DNA from: Schmidtea polychroa
Taxonomy: Eukaryota
Assembly: GCA_044892525.1 (NCBI GenBank)
Contig: CM097885.1
Span: forward strand, 61,194,001 to 61,258,000
Reading direction: 5' to 3'
Length of the DNA: 64,000 nt
Part shown: piece by piece, positions 11,735-23,480 of the stretch
How positions within the stretch are numbered: the stretch's first letter is position 1
Layout of the letters: each line of letters starts with the position of its first letter
Made by a program: the position numbers and the translations under genes
Notes under the pieces: generated by a model
What the model saw: only the letters and a program-made list of their open reading frames with translations
Told to the model about the DNA's origin: nothing
The model's database searches: none

Positions 11735-13051
11735 TTATAAATGATCACAAATCGGCATAATTTCCAATGCTCGCGATATGTCGTATTGGGTGACATTGTC
11801 ATCAACATCACTGAACCTCTCACCGAAATAATCGAAAATATACGTTTCCGGCATTTGGCGCGCGACTCGTTTCAATAGGTCATCATCAATTTGATTGCAA
11901 TTTGTCAAATTCAGCAATCTCAAATTCAACCAATGGCCAGTCAATCCTTCAAATGCCATTCCTTTGATAACATGATTACCGATCAAACTCAATCGTTCTA
12001 TATTGATCGCGATCAAAACCAAATTGTCAATGCCTTCATCGGTAATATTCCAGCACCAATTTAATGATAAAATTCGAAGATTGTGTCCACAAAGCTCTAA
12101 AATACAATTTAAAATCTCATCGTCGATTACTGAACACTCATTGAGATCTAAACTGATTAATTTTGTCAATTGACTATCAGGTTTGTTAAATAAATCCAAC
12201 AGTGCCGATTTTGATAATTCTGTGGCTTTGTGAATCGTTAAATATCTTAAATTAGACAATGAACGAATTGGAAAGACAACACTGTCAGTGAATGTGTCGG
12301 CATAACTGATAGATAAATAAGAGAGATTTATACAATTTGTCAATGCTTGAATACCGAGCTCAGTGAGTTCACAACCATCAATCCAGATAGACGTCAGAAA
12401 TTTGAAATGATTTCGACAAATAGTAACAATTCCATAATCACTGATATTTTGTATACCATCTATATTAATTTTTAATAGTCTGTTTAAATTTTTTGATACA
12501 GATTCCATAGTTCGATCATTTAAGTTTTCGCAATGTGAAAGATTTAAAATTTCCAACCGAGGAAGGTATGTACATAATAAATCAACCATTTCATGGTCAA
12601 TTTCAACACCTTCGAGGTTGATGTGCTTTAAATTTCGTCCATGATAACAAATCATAAAAATAGCTTCATCTAATAAATTACAAAATCCAACATCTAAGCA
12701 AACTAGAAACGGGCATTCTTTAACAATACTTTCAATAGTTTCATTGATAAATTCCAAAGCACGGGCTTTTAAAACTCGTAGTAAAGGCCGTTGTTGAATG
12801 TATGTTTTAATTACTGCCTGTGGTGTTCTTTTTGATAATTTTAATACTTTCAATAAAAATGGATCTCGACCCAATTGATGCCAACGTCTATTTACCATTG
12901 CAACCGAGGATTGTAAATCATGTCTAGATAAAAATGTGAAAATATGAAGCAAAATTTCTGGTGGTAATTTTGCACTGTAATCTTGGTCTGATTGCAGATT
13001 ACAGTTATTTTTTGAATCATCTATTGAATTATTAATTTTATTAGAGAACAT
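11735..13051 (-). CDS. F-box/leucine-rich-repeat protein (FBXL family), intronless, 438 aa
   Basis: F-box LPPEILLHIFTFLSRHDLQSSVAMVNRRWHQL followed by many cysteine-containing LRRs (LxxLNLSHCENLND, LxxLSLNWCWNITD, LxxLNLTNCNQIDD). Long uninterrupted ORF in AT-rich DNA. Confidence 0.9.
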   Translation of the reverse strand: MFSNKINNSIDDSKNNCNLQSDQDYSAKLPPEILLHIFTFLSRHDLQSSVAMVNRRWHQLGRDPFLLKVLKLSKRTPQAVIKTYIQQRPLLRVLKARALEFINETIESIVKECPFLVCLDVGFCNLLDEAIFMICYHGRNLKHINLEGVEIDHEMVDLLCTYLPRLEILNLSHCENLNDRTMESVSKNLNRLLKINIDGIQNISDYGIVTICRNHFKFLTSIWIDGCELTELGIQALTNCINLSYLSISYADTFTDSVVFPIRSLSNLRYLTIHKATELSKSALLDLFNKPDSQLTKLISLDLNECSVIDDEILNCILELCGHNLRILSLNWCWNITDEGIDNLVLIAINIERLSLIGNHVIKGMAFEGLTGHWLNLRLLNLTNCNQIDDDLLKRVARQMPETYIFDYFGERFSDVDDNVTQYDISRALEIMPICDHL

Positions 13052-13215
13052 ACACTATTCACCAAACCTTAAAAAAGAAAATTAATTAACATTAAAAATG
13101 TGAAAGTAAAATTATTATTTAAATTATTTAAAAAAAATCTTAATAATTGAATAGATAAAACAACTATGTAATGTCTAATTTAAACATAATTAACCGTAAT
13201 AGGCAAAATCTCAAG

Positions 13216-13330
13216 AGTTATGATGTCCTCAACTTCTAAATTCATAAAATAAATCAATAATAATTCAATAAAATATATTTTTCAAAAACACACTAAAACG
13301 AATATTATTCAAACAAAACTTTACATAACT
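13216..13330 (-). repeat. 3' LTR (115 bp, AGTTATG...CATAACT termini)
   Basis: Identical to 17666-17780; flanked by the polypurine tract. Confidence 0.95.
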
Positions 13331-13340
13331 CTCCCCTTCT
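13331..13340 (-). promoter_or_regulatory. Polypurine tract
   Basis: AGAAGGGGAG on the minus strand directly before the 3' LTR. Confidence 0.85.
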
Positions 13341-16300
13341 TTAAGGAACTGCCCATCTCTTAAGCCATTCAATTCGTCTGAGTTTCTTTGTCGTCCCGTC
13401 ACTCAATTCCACCTGGTGTTCTGACAAAAACTTTGATATGACAAACGGACCTTCATACTGTAGTCCATCTTTGTCGCGATTTTGTGGTTCTTTCCGAACT
13501 AATACTGTCTCCCCCACCGTGAAACATCGATTCGTTCTCTTCTCTGTTTCCATCTCTTTCATTCGTTTAGCTGCTTTCTCACTGTTCTCTCTTACCAATC
13601 TATGTATCTCAACTGTATCCAATGTCGTCTGAGGCATTGTTGAATGGAGGTTAATCTTCCTCCCAAAAACAATTTCAAATGGAGAAAGTCCCGTCACGCT
13701 CTGTTGTGTCACGTTGATACAAAATTCTACTCGAGGAAGTAACTCCGCCCAATTTCACTCTCCTAGTCCACCTGCTAATGATGTCGCCAGCAAGTCTCTG
13801 ACTTTCCGTATTGTTCTCTCAACTAAATCGTTAGATTGATGCTGATATGGTGAACTGAACTGTTGCGTAATACCCAGTCTTCCTAGATTTATTTTCATAA
13901 AACCACTATCGAAGTTCTTCCCTCTGTCTGACAGACAATTTCGCGGTTTTCCGAAACGGTATATCCTCTTCTCCAATATGGCTTTGAAAATCGATCTCTC
14001 GTCTTGTCTCTCCAGTGCGGTCAGACTGACCATTTTGCTAAAACGATCAATGATAACTAGCATATACTTGTACACTCCACCATTCTTCATGTGTGCTATA
14101 TCAATGACCAACTGTTCTAAAAATTCTGAACCTATTATCGGCAACAATCGTTCCTTTGTCTTCTCCTGCACTATTTTCCTTCTGCAGCATATCTCACATA
14201 CTCTCAAACAGTTTTGTATAGTTTCTTGCATGTTTGGCCAAAAAAATATGTTGCTCATATAGCTAATTAATTTCTTTACTCCAATGTGACACATTCCAGT
14301 ATGTATTCCTTTAACTAACGTATTTGAGTAGTCTATCGGCACCAGGATGACATCTTTACCATTCTTCTCTAATAATAAAAACCGATCTTCTAATTTTATG
14401 TTGTTATGCAAATTGAAAGGAAATTTCTTTTTATTCAAGTCATTTTTTTCCTCTTCTCCCTGTAACACTCTTGTCATGTGAATGAAATCTACATCATCTT
14501 GTTGCTTTTCTAAGAGTTTTGTCATCGACTCAGTCTTCTGTAATGAGCTGATATGTCTTACTCTGGCTTTTTCTTCTTTTGCGTCTTCATGTCTAGTCTG
14601 GCATTGTGCACATAACATCCCTTTAATCCTTGATATTCCGTCCGCATTTCCATGTTCCTCTCATTTCCTATATTGAAGATCGAAATCATATCCGGAAAGG
14701 TTGGCTAGCCAGGTTTGAAATTGCGGGCTTATCGGTCTTTTTGTGTATCTCATGAAAACCAACGCCTTGTGATCCGTTCGTACTACAAATGACTTTCCGT
14801 ATAATTATTTTTTAAAATACATTACATATTCGTGTATAGCAAGTAACTACTTCCTAGTCACACAATAACCTTTTTCATGTGCGGTCAAGTGTCTCGACCC
14901 ATATGCAATTACTACTTCAGTACCATCTTCTTTAGCTTGACATAAAACTGCTCCGATGGCCCCAAAACTAGCGTCTGTATCCAGAATAAAGTTTCTATCC
15001 ATTCTTGGGTAATCTAGAATTGGAGCTTCACACAACTTTGTTTTAAGTAATTCAAAACTATTGTTGCAATCTTCTGACCAATTAATCTTTTTCTCACAGC
15101 CGGACGTAGCTGCATGTAGAGGTTCCGCAATTTTCGCATAGTCTTTTATAAACTTCCTATAGTAATTGGTCATACCTAAAAAGGATCTTAATTGTTTGGC
15201 GCATACTGGTATTTCTGCATCTTGAATCTCTTTAATCTTCTTGTCGTTCGTTTTTATCCCACTTGCACTTACAGTGTGCCCTAGGAATGTCAATTCTTCT
15301 TTATACAGATTACATTTTTCTGGGTTAATTCTCAACCCCGCTAGTTGAATTCTTCTGAATACTTCCTCTAATCGGTTATTGTGTTCCTCTATGTCTTTTC
15401 CATAGACAAGAATGTCGTCGAGGTAGACAACAACACCCTTAAATAATATTCCATCCAACATTAAGTGCATCATTCTTTGAAACGTCGCAGGGGCTGTTGC
15501 TAGTCCAAAAGGAAGTCGGTTAAAACAAAATTGTCCTTGCCTTGTACTGAAAGCCGTGACCTCTTGAATTTCCTTCGCCATTCCAACTTGATAATATGCT
15601 TGACCTAGATCGATGGATGTGAAATATTTTGAATCTGCCAGACAATCCAGTAGAAATCGTGTATCTGGCATTGGAAAAGATATCTTTTCAGTGATCGCAT
15701 TCAACCCTCTATAGTCGACACACATCCTTATTGATCCATCTTTCTTAGCCACAATCACTAGTGGCGCGTTCCATGCACTTTTGCATTTTCTAATGACTCT
15801 CGCTTCTAATAAGTTTGTGACAAGTTCGTCAAGCTTTTGTTCTAAATGCATTGGTTGTCTTCTTGGCTGTAACATTACAGGCCCACCTACTATATTCATT
15901 TCATGCTGAACAACTTTCGTAAACCCGAGATCAAAAGTTGAAGCCATAAAATTACCTTTGAACTTCCGTAGCAATATGTCTAACTGTTCATTCTTCCTGT
16001 CTCCAAGCATTAATAATGCTTTCTCTTCTCGTTGTGAGTCCACATATGTCCTCCCTACTTATGACGCTTCAATATTGTCTACCTCTACCAGTTGAATACC
16101 AAATCTCTCCATTGTATCTACACCCCCAATGAAATCTGGACGTATATCTTTGACAACTATAACATTAATAATTCTTTTTTTCCCATTCCAATCAGCTTCT
16201 ATCGTCATTGCTCCTAACGGTCTTTCCATTCCCGTCGAAAATACTCCACAAAGAGAAATTGTGCTCTGCTTCAACCTCGGTTTCCCGATCTTTGTCCAAC

Positions 16301-16502
16301 TTTTTTCACTCATAACTGATACTGACGCTCCAGAGTCCCAAAGCATGTCAATCGCCGTCATGTTTATTACAATCTTACTCCACTTTCTTCTGTCTGTCGT
16401 CTCATACATCTTCTGCATCATGTCTTCATTTCGCTTCTTTCTACTGATTATTGTGTCGACCCCACTGACGAAATGAAAGCAATGGGATCGTCCTTGTTTT
16501 TT
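13341..16502 (-). pseudogene. pol: pol: aspartic protease, reverse transcriptase, RNase H, integrase; five in-frame stops
   Basis: LWDSGAS; MCVDYRGLN, LPFGL, YLDD; LDTDAS; HHCC zinc finger and DDE core. In-frame stops at 16059, 14847, 14805, 14661 and 13755, with no frameshift between them. Confidence 0.92.
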
Positions 16503-17611
16503 GGTTTATCCATTGATTTTTTTATCGTTTCTTCGTAATTACTGTATAAATCTTCTGTTAAATCACCATTATTTCTTTCGTGATCTTCTTCGTAAATACA
16601 TGCCACTCTCTTCTGATATCCATTTCTATTTTTAAGCAAAATACAATCTCTGAATCCATGACCTTCTTTTCCACAGATTAGACATTTGTCTTTCATTGGA
16701 CATTCAAAACGCCGGTGCCCTTTTTCTCCACAACAAAAACACTGACCTGGTGTCAGTTTCACTGGATGAGGCGAATCTCTTCCTTTGCTGTCATTAAATA
16801 ACCTTCTTGCAATATCTTTAAGCGATACTGTAGGTATTCTTCTCTCTGGTTCTCCTGTCTCATATCGTCCTCTATACCGCTCATTTTCATTCTTGTCTTC
16901 ATTTACAATTGGTACAAACCGACCATTACCAGGTCTATTCCTCTCATGATTAATCTCTCGGTGTTCGTCGCGTTGATGTGCAGTTGTCTTCACAATTGTT
17001 CTTTGGTCTCGTCTACCCTCGAATTTACCATTTTTCATCACTGATGCGTAGGAGTCTCTTCTTATGGCATCAATATTGAATTTATTGTCATTCGTCATCT
17101 CGATCTTCTCCTGAATCTTTGCCATATCCCTGGCATCTTCAAAACTTGTCACTTTCCCTGATAAGAATATTTCTTTTACTCTATCGTCTTTCGCTCTGTT
17201 TGAGATAATGTCTCAAACAATCTGTTCATCAGACATTCCAGAGCTAAATACACTTTTAACTAAACTTCTTACTCGTATTTCGAAGACTTGGAATCTTTCA
17301 TCTCTTTCTTGCTGAATTTGAGCTAGTTCCACAATCTTGTTAGTAATGGTTTTCCTTACTGTAAAAGTTTCTATAAACCACTCTTTTGCCATTTCATCGG
17401 TCATCTTCGCTATTTTCGCCGCTTCCCATAACATCGATGCCGCATCTGTCAACAAAAGATCCAATGCGTCTACTAGACTTTGATCTTCTATTCTCAGCCA
17501 TTCCATAATATCCTTTAGCCAAAGTTCGGCTTCAGATCCAACTTTTCCGTCAAACTTTCTGACATTAAAATTTAGCATCTCACGTGCTTGTTTTGACAAG
17601 GAATCTAACAT
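16448..17611 (-). pseudogene. gag: gag with two CCHC knuckles; one in-frame TGA at 17213
   Basis: ATG at 17611 after the PBS. ORFs 17707-17213 and 17152-16448 are in the same frame. CFCCGEKGHRRFEC and CLICGKEGHGFRDC. Confidence 0.88.
16458..16502 (-). promoter_or_regulatory. Programmed -1 ribosomal frameshift signal (gag-pol)
   Basis: Slippery A_AAA_AAC at 16502-16496, 6-nt spacer, 10-bp stem GAUCCCAUUG/CAGUGGGGUC. pol is in the -1 frame relative to gag. Confidence 0.75.
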
Positions 17612-17649
17612 ATTCTTAGTTCCTTTCTTTTTTCCTATCGCATTGATTT

Positions 17650-17666
17650 CCTTGGCGTGGTCGCCA
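17650..17666 (-). promoter_or_regulatory. Primer-binding site, probably tRNA-Arg
   Basis: TGGCGACCACGCCAAGG directly follows the 5' LTR. It is complementary to a 3' end ...CGTGGTCG-CCA typical of Arg(TCG) tRNAs (tRNA assignment from memory). Confidence 0.7.
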
Positions 17667-17780
17667 GTTATGATGTCCTCAACTTCTAAATTCATAAAAT
17701 AAATCAATAATAATTCAATAAAATATATTTTTCAAAAACACACTAAAACGAATATTATTCAAACAAAACTTTACATAACT
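17666..17780 (-). repeat. 5' LTR (115 bp)
   Basis: Identical to 13216-13330. Confidence 0.95.
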
Positions 17781-18499
17781 TCAAGCAATAACTCATCAAA
17801 ATTAGAATTGACAAAATTAGAGCACCTGGTGAATTTCATGTCTTTGGACAATATGGCTCAAAGTGGATTGATTATATTGTAGTGAAGACATTGAGGAAGC
17901 TCGTAGAAATTTGATGTTTTCATCAAAAAAGGAAAGAGTGATGGTGGATACGATTCTTCCAATTGAAGTCGGCAAAGTAAACTATGATTATTTAATAACA
18001 GCCGATAATTATAAAAAGCAATATACAATACAATGAAGAAGATTTGGTGAAGATTCATGTTTAGTAAACAAGCTTGTGCTGGGTTAATTGAAATTTATGT
18101 GATCAGGGTTATAATTAAAGTAATAGTATCACAAGTGCTATCAACGCATAGATTATATGTCATTACAGGTTGGGCATGGAAACTGGTTATGTGTACTTTT
18201 ATTAGTGAGATTTTTCATCACACATCATCAATATATAGAGATGAAAATTTTAAATTCATGACTCAGGTACACTATATCAACCTAGAATTCACTTGTAAAA
18301 AAGTAGGGCCAAAAATTCGTGAATATCAAAAACATCAATGTATTTATTGATTCATAGTAAAGATTTTTATTAAATACAAAATCAATGGAAAGGAAATCAG
18401 TGGTGAAATTTGAAAAAAAGTTCTTATTAAACTTTATTATTGGTTATAAATAGTTTTTGATTTTACGCTTTAAGAAGAAATTCATAATTTTATCAAATC

Positions 18500-19010
18500 A
18501 TCAACAACCGCAAGAACCTTGAACGCAGATCTACAACATCAATTTCTCAAAGCGGTTATAAGTTGTTATTTTTCTAAGAAAAAAATTATTAATATTGATG
18601 TAACTATTCTCGACGGTGGATCTATCAATGTTAAGAGATACCTAAAATTTCTGCAGAATACGATTTCAAACTTTCAAACAATCTTACCTGCTTGGGAAAT
18701 GGTTATTCAGCATGACAATACCAGACCTTACGTAGCACAGTTGATTCGACTTTGGCTTGAAGAACACCGCGTGTTTTTATTAAAGCAGTTGGCCCACTCA
18801 TGCGACACAAACCTCATGGATAGCTTTATCTTCAGGAATTACGAGTGTTATTTGACGTGGAAAAAACTTCAGTAATTCAGGAGAGGTGAGCAACAATTTT
18901 TGCCAATATTTGAAGTCAACATCGGAAGCGAAGCTCACAAGTGAGTTTCAAAATTTTACACGTCACCTCTAGAGTATCATTGAACCTGATGGAGACTATA
19001 TCTAGGCTCT
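18500..19010 (+). mobile_element. Decayed mariner-type transposase 3' portion
   Basis: QHDNTRPYVA...KQLAHSCDTNLMDSFIFRN matches the HDNARPH...QPPYSPDxNxxD pattern; ends ...GDYI-stop near 19004. Confidence 0.55.
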
Positions 19011-20479
19011 GATATAGTTTTCACTTTTAGCATACTTGTATATGCGATTCACAAATTAAGGTTTCGAATTGAATGTTTTAGATTTTGGTAAGATTTCATC
19101 GACGTAGAAAAACGCAATTTGTTTTGCCGGCTCCTATATAATTACTTTAATTTAAAATACTTTAATATAAAATGATTATAATTTAAAATCGATTTTAATA
19201 TACAAATTTAACACAAATAGGTATTTCAATTAACTGATAATATTGTTTCTTACATTTCGAATGTTTATAATTCTAACAAGAAAGATGATTCATCTTAAGA
19301 GAAAATTTAATTTTTTTGCATATCAAAAGTGCATAAAATATTCAAGGCGCATTAATAAAAATTCCTTTTATAAAATATATAAATTTTAATCAACCTACCA
19401 GATATTAAATTCCATCTCAAAGAAATCAAAAAGTTGTTACTGTTACAAATCATTTTTAACAATCTACAAATCTTTAGAGAAAGATAATTTTTCAAATTTT
19501 AAACCAATACAAAATATATGGGCATTTCAGTTATTTTCATTTTGACAAAAGATCAAAAATTTAATTATACTCAACAAACAATTTTTTTTGATAAAATGCT
19601 AATAACTGAAATATCATCAAACCAGTCAAAAATGACCATAAAAACGAATTTTACTGATAAAATCCATTTAATTTAGTTGAATATTTATGGAGTTTTTATG
19701 TCTTTTTGATAAAAAGAGTTTCTTTTTAATCTTTTTCACGTATTTTTGAACGTATCTTGTAATATTTGGCATTTTATTTCGTGTAACAGTGGTGCTGATT
19801 TGTGTACACTTTATTCCAGTGTTTGTGATAATTACTGGTTTTGTTTTTGATGTGTTCATTGAGTCTTGTTCGGAATGTTCTATTCTATGTACGTTGCGTC
19901 TGATCTTGTGCAAGTGATTTGACATACAATGTTTTATGAGAAGCACAAACATTTGGTAGAAGAGTGGCATAATAGATCTTGATGAAACATGTCTGATGTT
20001 GAAAATTTTAGATATTTCCGAAGTTGTGATTTCAAAGGTGCAGCAGTGGTGAAGATTGGGTGAATATGTACTGGTAAATCCGTATTGCGGATGTAAGATC
20101 TGATTATATAACATGTCTTAATGTTTTAAAAAGGATAGCGTAGGCATATTACTGGTTTGTTGACATTATCTTTTTGTGTATTGTGATTGTTGGAGCTATA
20201 TTCATTTAAAAAGTTTTTTCCTACTAACTCTTTTGGGTATCCATTTTGCAAAAAAATGTGTTTTGAAGTTTTTAAGGGTTTCATGGTTTTTTAATATCAG
20301 AACCGTTTCTTATTGGTTGAACTTCAGCCAAAGAAAGAAATTGCGCCAACCACGATTTTACCTATATTAAATAGTCTTATTTGACAAATTATATTATTTT
20401 TTCGTATTGCAAACTGATATATTTTCTAGAACAAGATGATAAATTTCAAAAAACTTTCTGATTTTATTAATTTTTATAT

Positions 20480-20663
20480 NNNNNNNNNNNNNNNNNNNNN
20501 NNNNNNNNNNNNNNNNNNNNNNNNNNNNNNNNNNNNNNNNNNNNNNNNNNNNNNNNNNNNNNNNNNNNNNNNNNNNNNNNNNNNNNNNNNNNNNNNNNNN
20601 NNNNNNNNNNNNNNNNNNNNNNNNNNNNNNNNNNNNNNNNNNNNNNNNNNNNNNNNNNNNNNN
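20480..20663. other. Assembly gap (other gaps: 32075-32316, 33283-33422, 49019-49173, 56298-56439)
   Basis: Runs of N. Confidence 1.
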
Positions 20664-20840
20664 ATATAAAAATTAATAAAATCAGAAAGTTTTTTGAAAT
20701 TTATCATCTTGTTCTAGAAAAATTTCATGAAAAATTCTCTTAATAAATAAATTGCAAACAAATACATAATTTTGTCATAACAAAGTTTTATTTATTAATA
20801 TTTCACATGAATACTTGCATCACTCGATTCGCATTTCAGA

Positions 20841-21845
20841 CTAGAAAAATTTTTGAAAAGATTTTAAAATCAAAGATATTTTTCTAAGGTTTTTTGTTTG
20901 TTTTATCAAATCGAAATTTTTGGGAGCTCTGCATTTATTTCCGAGTCCAATTGCGGAGTCCTTTGACTTGACATGCGGTTTGATATTTGACTTGACATTC
21001 GGTTTGATATTTGACTTGACATTCGGTTTGATATTTGACTTGACATTCGGTTTGATATTTGACTTGACATGCGGTTTGATATTTGACTTGACATTCGGTT
21101 TGATATTTGACTTGACAATCGGTTTGATATTTGACTTGACATGCGGTTTGATATTTGACTTGACATGCGGTTTGATATTTGACTTGACATGCGGTTTGAT
21201 ATTTGACTTGACATTCGGTTTGATATTTGACTTGACATTCGGTTTGATATTTGACTTTAAATTAGGTTTAATAGTTGACTTGACATTCGGTTTAATAACT
21301 GGCAAGACATTCGGTTTAATAGTTGGCAAGACATTCGGTTTGATAGTTGGCAAGACATTCGGTTTAATAGTTGGCAAGACATTCGGTTTGATAGTTGGCA
21401 AGACATTCGGTTTGATAGTTGACAAGAAATTCGGTTTAATGGTTGTGCTGACATTTTGATTAACATTCTGCGTGACATTCGGACTAATATTAAGTATTGC
21501 ATATTTCTTCATCAAATTGTCATAAAATAATTTATAGTAATTTTCCGATATTGCAATTTTATCCAAGGTTAGAGGATAAATAGTAGTTTTATTTGTATAT
21601 TGCAAGTTTGGGATAGATTCAGTGAGATTAGAGATCGGTTCCAATTTGTTAGAGAGCGGATTGAAAGAGCGTTGAGAATTCAGTTCGATCTTGGAGTAAT
21701 TTTGAGAGGCTATATAATTTGTTTGATTATTGGTAAGCTTTGAATCATTTTGTAATTTCTGATTATTCAGGTCCCCCGAGATCACCGCCAGCTGATAAAA
21801 TTTGAAGAATTCAAATACCAAAACAACCAATATGACATAAGACAT
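20841..21845 (-). CDS. Secreted tandem-repeat protein A, 334 aa: signal peptide, Asn-rich region, 20 x 8-aa repeats
   Basis: Hydrophobic N-terminus MSYVILVVLVFEFFKF; several N-x-S/T sequons; repeats LPTIKPNV grading into KSNIKP(N/H)V. Confidence 0.7.
   Translation of the reverse strand: MSYVILVVLVFEFFKFYQLAVISGDLNNQKLQNDSKLTNNQTNYIASQNYSKIELNSQRSFNPLSNKLEPISNLTESIPNLQYTNKTTIYPLTLDKIAISENYYKLFYDNLMKKYAILNISPNVTQNVNQNVSTTIKPNFLSTIKPNVLPTIKPNVLPTIKPNVLPTIKPNVLPTIKPNVLPVIKPNVKSTIKPNLKSNIKPNVKSNIKPNVKSNIKPHVKSNIKPHVKSNIKPHVKSNIKPIVKSNIKPNVKSNIKPHVKSNIKPNVKSNIKPNVKSNIKPNVKSNIKPHVKSKDSAIGLGNKCRAPKNFDLIKQTKNLRKISLILKSFQKFF
20964..21440. repeat. 24-bp coding minisatellite, about 20 copies
   Basis: gacttgacat(t/g)cggtttgatattt and variant ggcaagacattcggttt(a/g)atagtt. 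Confidence 0.95.
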
Positions 21846-22329
21846 TTTTCAATAATTAAAAATTTTTATTCATGTATTTATTCTAAAATCATTGCTTGCT
21901 CAAAATGCATTTGAAGGTTCTTGACATTGGTTAATGACACCCTTTAGCTTGGTTCTTAATTCATTTCAGTTGGTGTTTCCAAGTATTATTGCTTTATTTA
22001 ATTGGTAATTGAATTAGACTTTCATTCAACAATACATTTTGTCATATAATTACATATAGGTACTCCAGTTAATTAATACGACCTCTGTTCCAAATTAAAT
22101 GAGCCATTAAAGATTTGCAAATATTCAAAATTAAATTGGCCATTTTTTAGTCTTTAATTTACTCTTCCTAACCAGCTTTAAGGGATAGGGAAAATGCTTT
22201 AATGATGATTTCAGTAAAATAATATGAAAGAGAATAATTTTATCTAAACTAGGACCGCGTCTAACAATATATAAACAATACAACAAATTGTTAAAATATT
22301 AAATGTACACCAAATATATCATATTAGTT

Positions 22330-23480
22330 GATATTGTCATGTACAAGAATGGCTTTTGCAATCTGAATAACTTCAATTTCATCGAAAGCTAATAGGTAAC
22401 CCTCCTTTCCAATTAAGTTTTTCCTTTGACATGTGGAGCAGTTTATAGTTATTGATACCTCCACAATTCATAACATTCTCCATAACCATTTGTAATGATA
22501 GGAATACATATTACGTCGTAGTTCTTGTAAGGTCTTGAAAAGCTTTCTGTACAATTTCAATAAGTTCGTCAATATTTATTGGTGATTGCAGGTATTGTAT
22601 AGATTGTATGGAATTGAAGAAACCTAAATCTAGAACGGTAAGGTCGGAACTATTAGATAGTTGATAACGAAGGCTGATATTCTATCCATCTTTATGACAC
22701 TCATTATGAAAGCGTTGATCTTCAAAATTGATCAAACGTGGTTTAGCGTTATTACGCTGAATGATTTCGCATTCAAAATGGTCATTTTTGTTTTATTTCA
22801 GAAGTAGATAGTTTATTAACATTTCTCTATAGACGAATTTTTCAACTTTATAGGTTTTGTAACTAAAGTTACTTTTGGGCGGTTTTTGCTGTTGCGCTGT
22901 GATAGTTCTTTTACTAAGAAAGGCCAAATGTCGAGTACTGTTTCTTATGAAAATCATAACGTGGTCGTCCAGTAGCAGCAAGGAACAATAATTTTACCAT
23001 ATCGAATTTACTATTGACTTGACGCCTAGGCATATTCCTCAGGAAGTAGATAGAACCTTTGTTTGGTAATATAGTACCATTTTTCTTGGTCATTATCATC
23101 CACATATGGTAAACAATATTTCAAACGTTTCAACTGATTTCTTAAAGTTAGCAATGATTTGAGCTAGTTTCTTCCTTCTCACATAAACGCCAAAATGATG
23201 TTAAGAGAATACCTATTGATTGGCCCAATACAAGTAAAGTAGTTCTGCGGTTTACATCAATATTTCTAATTGTCACCATCTTATCTTTTAGACGAAACAC
23301 TGTTTCTATTTTTAATACATACTTTTGCTATGTCCAAATTCTTTTAACTTTGTTTTTAACAATGTTTTCGTTTTCAACAAGTAACGTTCAGGCCGCCCTA
23401 AACTTCTGATCATTCGTTGAGAACAGCAGCTGAAACCACTTGTGGTGATTCATCGTCTTTTAGGTCTTATTCCTCAGGAT
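22330..23480 (-). mobile_element. Decayed DD39D-like (plant/Stowaway-type) mariner transposase
   Basis: KLLFLAATGRPRYD and IQRNNAKPR...DG*NISLRYQLSNSSDLTVLDLGFFNSIQSIQ...IDELIEIVQKAF match VMFLxAVARPRYD / QQDNAxxH / QPPNSPDLNVLDLGFF. Confidence 0.65.

Larger units (their letters stand above)
13216..17780 (-). mobile_element. Complete Ty3/gypsy LTR retrotransposon, 4565 bp, coding-defective
   Basis: Identical 115-bp LTRs, TCAAG target-site duplication (13211-13215, 17781-17785), PBS and PPT, domain order gag-PR-RT-RH-IN. Confidence 0.97.

Noticed and set aside
13341-17611. Stop-codon reassignment as the explanation for in-frame stops in retroelements
   Set aside because: Host genes and the Tigger ORF run hundreds of codons with no in-frame TAA/TAG/TGA and end at standard stops; all three stop types occur at different inferred residues.
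20422-20721. Perfect ~58-bp inverted repeat flanking the N gap, giving mirror-image 77-aa ORFs
   Set aside because: The symmetry is centred on a gap, so it is most likely a scaffolding or gap-filling artefact, and the ORFs are mostly X.
20906-21502. Alternative-frame and antisense ORFs (MSSQISNR, FGLIFDLT, MSCQLSNR repeats)
   Set aside because: These are by-products of a stop-free 24-bp repeat. Only the 20841-21845 frame has a signal peptide and unique flanks.
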